From Gemmatimonadota bacterium (GTDB lineage: Bacteria > Gemmatimonadota > Gemmatimonadetes > Longimicrobiales > Gaopeijiaceae): a DNA stretch of 59,037 nucleotides. Under the pieces are notes generated by a model. That model saw only the letters and a list, made by a program, of their open reading frames with translations, had not been told where the DNA came from and did not search any database. The position numbers and the translations under genes are program-made. Position 1 is the stretch's first letter; each line of letters opens with the position of its first letter. This document shows, piece by piece, positions 45,565 through 53,811 of this stretch. The DNA is taken from NCBI GenBank assembly GCA_040878815.1, contig JBBDLO010000036.1, positions 1 to 59,037 of the forward strand, given 5' to 3'.

Positions 45565-47344
45565 TCGACTTTTCCTCCCCACGCAGGGCGCGTCCCACCG
45601 CGCTCCGCACCACCGGATCCTCATCCGCCCGCGCCGCTTCCAACGCGCTTCGGGCGGCCGAGGAAGCCACCTTCCCCAGGCCCATCGCGGCACCTGCCCT
45701 CAGTTCAGACGGCTCACGCCTCCCCAGAAATCCCTTGGTATTCAGAACTCCGTGGAGGAAGTCCACCGCACCCTCGCCCGCGAGCAGACCATACGCCTCG
45801 TAGAAGGCCACCTTCTCGGTGACGTCCGCATTCCGAAATTCCTTGTCTTCGAGGTAGCGCCGCAGTTCCTTGGCTGCCGGAGGATACCCGGTGCCGCCCA
45901 GGACCCGAACGGCCGCGACGCGGAGATCCCGATGCTGACTTCTGACGAGTCGGAGGAGGGAGCCCGCCAGGAGGGGGGAGCGGAGATCGGCAGCCACGTC
46001 CACAACGGCTCTCTGGACATCGGGAGTCCCCCGATCCATGAGTTCGGCGAGCTTCCCGGCGGCCTCCTCGATTCGCATTCGACCCACGAGGTGCACGGCG
46101 CCGCGCACCACCTCCGGGTTGGAGGAGTCGAGGAGTCGGACGACCGAATCCCGATTGGCTTCGGCAATTCCCCGCATCGCCTCGCGAAGGACCGTCCGTC
46201 CGTTGGGATCCAACAAGCTCTCCGCCCCTGCGAGGAGGGGCTCGAGCGCGCCGGCTCCCAGCGCCTCCAAGAGGGTACCGAGTTCAGCCGAATCGGCTCC
46301 GACGGATCCATCTCCGAGGGCCCGGATCAATTCGAAGACCGATTCCGGGGACGACAGCTCTTCGAGGAGCTGCTCTGCCACGAGCAGGCCATCCGGCTCC
46401 AGAACCCCGTCGCGGGCGCGGATCTTTCGCAGTTCGGTGACGAGCTTCGCCGCGGGAACGAGTGCCCCCTGACTCAGGAAGCTCGGAAGAAGGATCCGAA
46501 GAATCTGGAGGACCTCGATCTGTCGCTCGGAGGAGGTGGAGAATTCGAGGGCATCGAGAAGACCGTAGAGGATATCGGTGCGGAGGTCTCGCGCCATCTC
46601 GACGCGAACCGCCTCCTGCAATCGACGGCGCTCCGCCTCGTCGAAGGCATAGAGGGTCGGGTTGAAGTCCTCCGCACTCACGACGCCCGCCGGCGCACCT
46701 TTTCCGTCGGCCGCCGCCGAATCCTTGGCATCCTCCTCACCCGTATCCGTCTGGGCATCGAGCTCCAGGCGTAGACCCTCGGCCGCGAGGGCTACCCCCG
46801 CATCTTCCCTCGGATCGGTACTTCCCGGTAGCGGTAGCGCGATGCCGTCGAGACCCACATCCACCGCCGAGTGAGTCACGAAGCTCAGGTCCAGATCCCA
46901 GAGGACCGTGACGAGGTCCTGGCTCTCCCCCTTCTGACCCTTGGCCCCCGCGATGGCCGCGATCAGTCGCGGAAGCTCCTCCGCCTCGACGCCTTTGAGG
47001 AAGGTGAGATCTCGAATTCCGTCCCGGTAGAGCAGAAAGGAGAGTGAGTCGGCGCGGCTCTGGTTGCGGTAGACCTCCTCCCCCATCCAGAGCAATCGAT
47101 CCTCCTGGATCAGAATCTGAATCCGATCCCGCGTCTCCCAGACCCGCTGGAATGCATCCGCGACGCCGGCGAGGAACCGCTCGTACATGGGGTTCCCTAC
47201 GTGATAGAGCTGGGCCGCCCGCAGGGCCTTCGTGAGCGTGATGAAGACATCACGGACCTCCTCGACCGGGAGGTCGGCCGAATCGGACCAATCCATGCTC
47301 TCTGCGGCATCGGGCACCGAGGGGGGCGGACTTTCCAGATCCAT
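45557..47344 (-). CDS. HEAT-repeat protein with an N-terminal domain related to that of the adjacent HD-GYP protein
   Basis: The C-terminal half contains repeated HEAT_2-like units (NPEVVRGAVHLVGRM, TPDVQRAVVDVAADL, HRDLRVAAVRVLGG, ELRAGAAMGLGKV, DPVVRSAVGRAL). Confidence 0.7.
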   Translation of the reverse strand: MDLESPPPSVPDAAESMDWSDSADLPVEEVRDVFITLTKALRAAQLYHVGNPMYERFLAGVADAFQRVWETRDRIQILIQEDRLLWMGEEVYRNQSRADSLSFLLYRDGIRDLTFLKGVEAEELPRLIAAIAGAKGQKGESQDLVTVLWDLDLSFVTHSAVDVGLDGIALPLPGSTDPREDAGVALAAEGLRLELDAQTDTGEEDAKDSAAADGKGAPAGVVSAEDFNPTLYAFDEAERRRLQEAVRVEMARDLRTDILYGLLDALEFSTSSERQIEVLQILRILLPSFLSQGALVPAAKLVTELRKIRARDGVLEPDGLLVAEQLLEELSSPESVFELIRALGDGSVGADSAELGTLLEALGAGALEPLLAGAESLLDPNGRTVLREAMRGIAEANRDSVVRLLDSSNPEVVRGAVHLVGRMRIEEAAGKLAELMDRGTPDVQRAVVDVAADLRSPLLAGSLLRLVRSQHRDLRVAAVRVLGGTGYPPAAKELRRYLEDKEFRNADVTEKVAFYEAYGLLAGEGAVDFLHGVLNTKGFLGRREPSELRAGAAMGLGKVASSAARSALEAARADEDPVVRSAVGRALRGEEKSNG

Positions 47345-47463
47345 CAGGCAAGGAGATGGGGTTGCAAGAATCGATCTTCCGAAAAAATGTCCGGGGCTGC
47401 CACTCGACCGTTCATGGCATGGGAATCTCTAGCAAGGGTCGCGCCAAGCCCCACTGGCACGAA

Positions 47464-48693
47464 TCAGAGGAGCGCGCCCCGGCCCTCCTCTCGCGCCACG
47501 TGGGCTACGTCCTTGTCTCCCCGGCCGCTCAAGCAGAGGAGGGCGGGACCCTGTGCTACCTCCTGCTTCGCATCCCCCAGGAGGTAGGCCACGGCGTGCG
47601 CGGTCTCGAGCGCCGGGATGATCCCCTCCAGTCGCGAGAGCCGATGGAAGCCATCCAGCGCGGCCGCATCGTCGATCGATACGTACCGGGCGCGCCCCGA
47701 GTCCTTCAGAAACGAATGTTCGGGGCCCACCCCCGGATAGTCCAGACCGGCCGAGATGGAGTGCGCCGGAGCCACCTGGCCATCTTCGTCCTGAAGGAGA
47801 TACGAGAGGGATCCGTGCAGGACGCCGGGCGTGCCCATGGAAAGAGAGGCGGAGTGATGGCCGGAGGCCAGTCCCTCCCCGGCTGCCTCGACCCCGATCA
47901 GGGCGACCGCCTCATCGCCGACGAAGGCGTGGAAGATCCCCATCGCATTGGATCCGCCACCGACGCAGGCGACCACCGCGGAGGGAAGCCTCCCTTCCAC
48001 CGCGAGGAGTTGGGCACGGGCCTCTTGGCCGATGACGGCCTGAAAATCCCGCACGATTCGCGGAAAGGGAGCGGGCCCCACGACCGAGCCGATGATGTAG
48101 TGGGTATTCTCTACGTTCGTCACCCAGTCGCGAATTGCCTCGTTTGTCGCATCCTTCAGGGTACGCGTCCCCGAGTCGACCGGCCGGACCTCGGCCCCGA
48201 GCAACTCCATCCGAAAAACGTTGAGCGCCTGTCGCTCCACATCCTCGGCTCCCATGTAGACGATGCATTCGAGGTCGAAGAGGGCGCAGGCCGTGGCTGT
48301 GGCAACGCCGTGCTGACCGGCCCCGGTCTCCGCTATGATCCGGCGCTTTCCCATCCTCCGGGCGAGCAGCGCCTGGCCCATCGTATTGTTGATCTTGTGC
48401 GCACCCGTGTGGTTCAAGTCCTCTCGCTTCAGATAGATCGGGCCCCACCCGGCGGCCTCCTCCAATCGACGCGCACGTGTCAAAGGGGAGGGACGCCCGA
48501 CGAAATCCTTGAGCAGACCATCGAGCTCCTCCTGGAATCCGGCGTCTCGTCGCGCCTCGGCGTAGGCCCTTTCGAGTTCGTCGAGGGCCGCGATCAGGGT
48601 CTCCGGTACGTACCGCCCGCCGTATGCGCCGAAGAGGCGGTCCGTCGAAGCGAGGGAGTCCGCGAGTGGATTCGGTGGCGATGCTGACGTCAT
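47464..48693 (-). CDS. trpB: Tryptophan synthase beta chain
   Basis: Motifs [43 protein letters not shown] and [12 protein letters not shown] place the start at the Met preceded by GAGGAAG. An alternative ATG at 48726 would overlap trpF. Confidence 0.9.
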   Translation of the reverse strand: MTSASPPNPLADSLASTDRLFGAYGGRYVPETLIAALDELERAYAEARRDAGFQEELDGLLKDFVGRPSPLTRARRLEEAAGWGPIYLKREDLNHTGAHKINNTMGQALLARRMGKRRIIAETGAGQHGVATATACALFDLECIVYMGAEDVERQALNVFRMELLGAEVRPVDSGTRTLKDATNEAIRDWVTNVENTHYIIGSVVGPAPFPRIVRDFQAVIGQEARAQLLAVEGRLPSAVVACVGGGSNAMGIFHAFVGDEAVALIGVEAAGEGLASGHHSASLSMGTPGVLHGSLSYLLQDEDGQVAPAHSISAGLDYPGVGPEHSFLKDSGRARYVSIDDAAALDGFHRLSRLEGIIPALETAHAVAYLLGDAKQEVAQGPALLCLSGRGDKDVAHVAREEGRGALL

Positions 48694-48709
48694 GGGGAGC
48701 GCTTCTTCC

Positions 48710-49372
48710 TCAGGTGACGGATTCATGTGAAGCGGCGCGAGCGCGGTCGACGAAGGACCGGACACGATCGGGATCCTTGATCCCGGGGGCCGATTCCACC
48801 CCGGAACTTACATCCACGAGATCGGGGGCGAGATAGCGCACTGCTTCGGCAACGTTTTCGGGAGTCAGGCCGCCGGCGACACCGAGCCTCGGGGAATCGG
48901 GGAACTCCTCTCGGAGGGAAGCAGCCTCTTCCCAGGGAAAGCGAACTCCGGTCCCGCCCCGGGCCGTCGGATGCCACGCATCGAGGAGGAGAAGGTCCAC
49001 CTGCCCCGAATACCGCCGAATGGCCGTGGCCACATCGTCTCGATTGCGGACCCTCACGGCCTTCCAGAGTTCCCACTCTCCGAGGCGCCGAAGGGCTCCG
49101 AGCTCCTCCTCGGTTTCGTCGCCATGCAACTGAATGATGGCCGCTCCCGCCTCGCGGGCCGCCTCGGCCGCCTCGTTCGGCCTCATGTCGACCGTGACGA
49201 TCGCGAGGGGAATCCGCACCGCCTCCGCGAGGACCCGCGACTGCTCCGGCGAGATCAGGCGGGGAGACCCCGGAACGAGGTTCGCCCCGATGTACGTCGC
49301 CCCCGCCGCCTCCGCCACGACCGCATCGGCCGACGTGGTTACGCCGCAGATCTTGACCTCAACGCGTCTCAT
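48710..49372 (-). CDS. trpF: Phosphoribosylanthranilate isomerase
   Basis: Motifs [20 protein letters not shown]...GGTG and [10 protein letters not shown] place the start at MRRVEVK, overlapping the trpC end. Confidence 0.85.
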   Translation of the reverse strand: MRRVEVKICGVTTSADAVVAEAAGATYIGANLVPGSPRLISPEQSRVLAEAVRIPLAIVTVDMRPNEAAEAAREAGAAIIQLHGDETEEELGALRRLGEWELWKAVRVRNRDDVATAIRRYSGQVDLLLLDAWHPTARGGTGVRFPWEEAASLREEFPDSPRLGVAGGLTPENVAEAVRYLAPDLVDVSSGVESAPGIKDPDRVRSFVDRARAASHESVT

Positions 49373-50228
49373 CCACCCCCCACCCCCCACGATCCACGGC
49401 CGGGATCCGCGAGAGATCCGCAGCAAGATCACCGGGCACCTCCGCGCGCAGGAGTGCCTCGCCCACGAGCACGGCATCCACCCCCGCCCCGCCGAGTCGC
49501 TCGACATCCGACACGGTTCGCACCCCGCTCTCCGAGACGAGGACGGCGCTGTCCGGCACCAGCGGAAGGAGCTCCAGCGTGGTTTCGAGTCGGGTCTCGA
49601 AGCTCCGTAGATCCCGGTTGTTGATTCCCAGAACCTCCCCTCCGGCGCGAAGTGCCCGATCCAGTTCTTCGGCATCGTGGACCTCGACCAGGGCCGTCAT
49701 GCCGAGGTCCTCCGCGAGCAGGCGGAGATCGCGGAGCGCGGAATCCTCTAGAATCCGAACGATGAGGAGGACGGCGTCGGCCCCCGCGGAGCGGGCCTCC
49801 CAGAGCTGGAGGGGGTCGAGCACGAAATCCTTTCTCAGCACGGGAATCGTCACGGCAGACCGCACGGTTTCGAGGTCTTCGAGCGCCCCCCCGAAGTAGT
49901 CCCCATCCGTCAGGACGGAGATCGCCGAAGCTCCGGCGTGCGCGTAGCTCTCGGCCAACCCGACCGGGTCCAGTGTGGGACGGATCTCGCCCGCCCCCGG
50001 TGAGCGCCGCTTGACCTCGGCAATCAGCGACACCGATCCGGGCCGCGAAAGCGCCCCCCGAAAGTCGCGTGGAGGCGGTGCCGACTCGGCCGAGGCACGC
50101 AGCGCGACCCTCCGGGGAGCCAGTCGTGCGATCTCCACCCGCTTCGTAGCCACAATCCGCGAAAGGATGTCGCCTCGGTCCTCCGGTCTCCGGTCACCTG
50201 CGCCGGATTCAACTTGCGTTTCGGGCAA
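49359..50228 (-). CDS. trpC: Indole-3-glycerol phosphate synthase
   Basis: Motifs ILSRIVATKRVE, LIAEVKRRSPGAG, ISVLTD..YFGG, LRKDF, LVEVH, GINNRDL and ESG. I place the start at in-frame TTG 50228 (AAGGA upstream), because ATG 50348 would overlap divergent lexA. The start is uncertain. Confidence 0.85.
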   Translation of the reverse strand: MPETQVESGAGDRRPEDRGDILSRIVATKRVEIARLAPRRVALRASAESAPPPRDFRGALSRPGSVSLIAEVKRRSPGAGEIRPTLDPVGLAESYAHAGASAISVLTDGDYFGGALEDLETVRSAVTIPVLRKDFVLDPLQLWEARSAGADAVLLIVRILEDSALRDLRLLAEDLGMTALVEVHDAEELDRALRAGGEVLGINNRDLRSFETRLETTLELLPLVPDSAVLVSESGVRTVSDVERLGGAGVDAVLVGEALLRAEVPGDLAADLSRIPAVDRGGWGVDETR

Positions 50229-50334
50229 CCTTCGGGTATCCTTTTTCGGTACTTGTTCGGGTTCGGTGTGACCCCGACCGTCGGGACCACGCACCCTTCC
50301 CTTCCCGGCAGGCGATCTTCCAATGGAGGGATCG

Positions 50335-50943
50335 ATGGCGCTGACCAAGCGGCAGAAGGAGATCCTCGACTATGTCTCCGGCTACATCGAGGACCACGGG
50401 TACGCTCCGAGCTTCGAGGAGATCGCGGGGTCCTTCGACTACGGATCCCTCGCGACCGTTCACGAGCACATAAGCAATCTGGAACGGAAGGGCTACATCC
50501 GGAAGGCGTACAACCAGAGCCGTTCCATCGAACTCGTCTCGGCCGCTGCGAATCCCGCCGGGGTCGAACTGCCCCTTCTGGGTGAGGTTGCGGCCGGTCA
50601 GCCGATCGAGGCCATCGAGAATCGGGAATCCATCCTCGTCCCGCCGGATCTCCTGCGAAAGGGCGGAGAGAACTACGTCCTCCGCGTGGTCGGTGACTCC
50701 ATGATCGAGGAACAGATCCGCGACGGGGACTACATCATCGTGAACAGTCGGCCCACGGCGCACGATGGAGAGATGGTCGTCGCGCTGATCGATGGAGAGT
50801 CCGCCACGGTCAAGAAGCTCTATCGTGAACCGGAGGGGAAGATCCGGCTCCAGCCCGCGAACGAGCGCCTGCAACCCATGTACTTTGCGGCCGATCAGGT
50901 GAAGATCCAGGGCGTCGTCGTGGGCGTCATTCGAAGGTACTGA
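50335..50943 (+). CDS. lexA: LexA repressor
   Basis: The sequence MALTKRQKEILDYV, a winged HTH, the cleavage site VAAGQP, catalytic GDSM and VKKL. GGAGGG lies 4 nt upstream of ATG 50335. Confidence 0.9.
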   Translation: MALTKRQKEILDYVSGYIEDHGYAPSFEEIAGSFDYGSLATVHEHISNLERKGYIRKAYNQSRSIELVSAAANPAGVELPLLGEVAAGQPIEAIENRESILVPPDLLRKGGENYVLRVVGDSMIEEQIRDGDYIIVNSRPTAHDGEMVVALIDGESATVKKLYREPEGKIRLQPANERLQPMYFAADQVKIQGVVVGVIRRY

Positions 50944-51138
50944 GCACGACTACTCGGGAGATCCCCTGCAACGGTCTCCCCAGCCAGAAGGAGAAAGGTC
51001 CATGCGTCTCGGATTCGTCGCCGGTCAGATGAACCGTACCGGCTCCAAACTTCTGATCGCGCCGCGGAGCGCCCCCCGGGCCTTCCCGGGCCCATGGCAG
51101 GTCGCCGCCGTGATTCGCATCTCGGACGCGGGTGTACC

Positions 51139-52173
51139 CTATCCTTCGGGCTCCTCCGACTGCGATGCGGCACGGAGCGACTCCAGGGCTCGCTGAGCGG
51201 CACCGGACTCGACCGACGCCCGCGCACTCGCCACCCCTTCTCCCAGGTCGGCGACGCGATCGGCGACGAGGAGTGCAGCGGCCGCGTTGAGGAGAGTGAC
51301 CGAAAGGGCGCCCCCCGTCCTCTCCCCCGAAAGCACTTCTTCGATCAATCGGGCGTTCTCTTCCGGTGAGCCCCCGGCGATTTCCTCCGGAGTGGCCCGA
51401 GGTAGGCCGAGCTCCTCGGGAGCTACCTGGTACCGCTGTACCTCGCCCGCCCGCAGCTCCGCGACCTCGGTGACACCGAGCGGACTCATCTCGTCCATCC
51501 CCGGGGCCCCATGCACGACGAGCGCTCGCTCGTGGCCCAACTCCTGGAGCGCCCGCACGAGAAGGGGAAGGAGCACGGGATCGGCAACGCCGACGACCTG
51601 TCGACGCACGCCGGCGGGATTGGTGAGGGGCCCGAGAAGGTTCATGATCGTCGGGATTCCCAGCTCCCGGCGCACCGGCCCGACATGCCGCATCGCCGGA
51701 TGCAGGAGCGGGGCGAACATGAAGACGATCCCGGCCGCCTCCAGAACCCGGGCCATTCCTTCCGGGGAGAGGTCGATCCGGACCCCGAGCGCCTCGAGGA
51801 CATCCGCACTCCCACTCCGTGAGGTGAACGATCGATTGCCGTGCTTCGCAACCCGCACTCCGGCACCGGCCGCGACCAATGCCGCCGCCGTGGAGATGTT
51901 GAAGGTCGTCACCGCGCCCCCGCCGGTCCCACAGGTGTCGACGAGTGCATCCGCATCCGAAGCGGCCACCGGAACCATCGCGCCTCGGAGGGCACGCACG
52001 CCCCCGGCTACCTCTGAAGGTGCATGTCCCTTGGTGCGGAGTCCGACGAGGAGGGCTGCCATCTGTACGGGGGTGGCCTCTCCCGCCATGACCGTGCGAA
52101 AGGCGGCCTCCGCTTCGTTTGCCGAGAGGTCCTGTCGTTCCGTGATGCGCTCGATCAGTCTCGCGAATTCCAT
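51139..52173 (-). CDS. trpD: Anthranilate phosphoribosyltransferase
   Basis: Motifs VQMAALLVGLRTKG, DTCGTGGG, FNISTAAA, KHGNRSFTSRSGSADVLEALG, and NLLGPLTNPA. I place the start at MEFARLIE. Confidence 0.9.
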   Translation of the reverse strand: MEFARLIERITERQDLSANEAEAAFRTVMAGEATPVQMAALLVGLRTKGHAPSEVAGGVRALRGAMVPVAASDADALVDTCGTGGGAVTTFNISTAAALVAAGAGVRVAKHGNRSFTSRSGSADVLEALGVRIDLSPEGMARVLEAAGIVFMFAPLLHPAMRHVGPVRRELGIPTIMNLLGPLTNPAGVRRQVVGVADPVLLPLLVRALQELGHERALVVHGAPGMDEMSPLGVTEVAELRAGEVQRYQVAPEELGLPRATPEEIAGGSPEENARLIEEVLSGERTGGALSVTLLNAAAALLVADRVADLGEGVASARASVESGAAQRALESLRAASQSEEPEG

Positions 52174-52289
52174 GGAATGTGTCCCCTCTACGGTGCATTC
52201 GTCCCGGCCTCTCGGCGCCTCTTCCGTTCCCAGAACTAGCCCGCTCACCCGGAAGGGTCAACTGGCTCCGACACGCGATTTTCCCCCGC

Positions 52290-52317
52290 TTGACTTCCCC
52301 CACCCCCGGTCTACCTT
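52290..52317 (+). promoter_or_regulatory. Candidate sigma70-type promoter for truA (TTGACT-N16-TACCTT) ending 6 nt before the GTG start
   Basis: The hexamers were read directly from the sequence. No Shine-Dalgarno lies between the -10 element and the GTG. No consensus for this lineage is known to me. Confidence 0.25.
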
Positions 52318-52323
52318 TCCCGC

Positions 52324-53145
52324 GTGACTGCCCCGGAGCTTCGGCGTTACTGTCTGGTCGTCCAGTACGATGGCGCCCCCTTTCACGGCTGGCAGATCCA
52401 GGCGCAGGGTCCGACCGTGCAGGGCGAGATCGAGCGGGTACTCGAGAGACTGACCGAAGCCCGACGTCCCCTCACGGGAGCGGGACGGACGGATCGCGGC
52501 GTCCATGCCCTGGGACAGGTGGCGTCGGTGAGGGTGCCCGAACGGTGGTCCGCAGCCGCCCTCAGGACGGCGATGAACGCGCTCCTCCCATCGGAGATCC
52601 GCGTGTCCGAGGCACGCCGCGTTCCGGATGATTTCCACCCTCGGTTCGACGCCGTGGCGCGGAGCTATGAGTACCGTTTGGGAATAGGACCGGAGGCGGA
52701 CTCTCCTTTTCGGAATCGCTGGTGCTGGGACCTCTCCGAAGCGCCGCCGGATTTGGAACTGCTCGAATCGGCGGCCCACGAGCTCGTAGGGGAGCGGTCC
52801 TTTCGAAAGTTCGCCAAGGTGGGTCAACCTGAGCGAGGAGAGCGGTGCCGGGTGAACGAGGCACAGTGGAGCAGCTGGAACGGCGTTGGCCTTCGCCTCT
52901 CGATCACGGCGAATCGCTATCTGCACCACATGGTGCGGTACCTGGTGGGAACGATGGTCGCCGTCGCCCAGGACAAGCGCCCCCTCGACGAGTTCACCGA
53001 ACTGCTGAATCATCCGAGCACCACCCTCGTCACCTCGCCCCCCGCCCCCTCCCGGGGACTGTTCCTGGCGCGAGTGGAGTACCCCCCCGATCGACTCGGG
53101 ACCGACCCCGATCGAGACCCCCCACAGATGGATGAAATGCCCTGA
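52324..53145 (+). CDS. truA: tRNA pseudouridine(38-40) synthase
   Basis: Motifs [27 protein letters not shown] and NRYLHHMVR. Confidence 0.9.
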   Translation: MTAPELRRYCLVVQYDGAPFHGWQIQAQGPTVQGEIERVLERLTEARRPLTGAGRTDRGVHALGQVASVRVPERWSAAALRTAMNALLPSEIRVSEARRVPDDFHPRFDAVARSYEYRLGIGPEADSPFRNRWCWDLSEAPPDLELLESAAHELVGERSFRKFAKVGQPERGERCRVNEAQWSSWNGVGLRLSITANRYLHHMVRYLVGTMVAVAQDKRPLDEFTELLNHPSTTLVTSPPAPSRGLFLARVEYPPDRLGTDPDRDPPQMDEMP

Positions 53146-53801
53146 TGAAGATCTTCCTCGATACCGCCGACATCCGTGAGATCCGGAGGGCCGCCGAAGC
53201 GGGGCTCATCGATGGGATCACGACGAACCCCTCCCTCCTGGCGAAGGTGGGGGGAGACCGCCCCCCCCGCGACGTCTTTCTCGAGATCTGCCAGGCCGTG
53301 GATGGTCCCGTCTCGGCCGAGGTCGTGGCCGTGGACTCGGACGGGATGGTGGAGGAGGGGCGACGCCTGTCAGAGATCCACGAGAACATCGTCGTGAAGG
53401 TCCCCCTCACGGAGCAGGGGCTCCGAGCCTGCCGGACCCTCCGGAGCCATGACATTCGCGTGAACGTCACCCTCTGCTTCTCGTCGGTGCAGGCACTCCT
53501 CGCCGCCAAGGCCGGCGCCACCTACATCTCGCCCTTCGTAGGGCGCCTCGACGACATCGGACACGACGGGATGGAGCTGATCCAGGAGATTCGCCTATTC
53601 TATGACGAATACCAGATCGAGACGCAGATCCTGGCCGCATCGCTCCGTCACCCTCGCCATGTCACCGAGTCGATGAAACTCGGGGCCGACTGCGCAACCC
53701 TTCCCTCGAAGGTGCTGTATCAGTTGCTGGGACACCCCCTCACCGATCGGGGGTTGGAGCAGTTCCTGGACGACTGGAAGTCCCTCGGCAAGGAACTCTG
53801 A
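53145..53801 (+). CDS. tal: Transaldolase, short (fructose-6-phosphate aldolase-like) type
   Basis: Motifs [36 protein letters not shown] and [12 protein letters not shown]. The start overlaps the truA stop (TGATG). Confidence 0.9.
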   Translation: MKIFLDTADIREIRRAAEAGLIDGITTNPSLLAKVGGDRPPRDVFLEICQAVDGPVSAEVVAVDSDGMVEEGRRLSEIHENIVVKVPLTEQGLRACRTLRSHDIRVNVTLCFSSVQALLAAKAGATYISPFVGRLDDIGHDGMELIQEIRLFYDEYQIETQILAASLRHPRHVTESMKLGADCATLPSKVLYQLLGHPLTDRGLEQFLDDWKSLGKEL

Positions 53802-53811
53802 ACGGAGACGA

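Noticed and set aside
47345-47463. The T6 run (A6 on the plus strand near 47381-47386) in the trpB-HEAT spacer as an intrinsic terminator separating trpB from the module.
   Set aside because: I could not find a stable GC stem immediately upstream of the U-run on the transcribed strand. At most it is a weak pause site.
50249-50264. Calling GTAC-TT-GTTC-GG-GTTC a LexA box feature.
   Set aside because: The spacing does not match any operator class I know, and the palindrome is imperfect. I kept it only as a hypothesis in the findings.
52174-52323. A tryptophan attenuator or leader peptide upstream of trpD.
   Set aside because: The minus-strand leader has no short ORF with tandem Trp codons, and I could not find an obvious alternative terminator/antiterminator pair.
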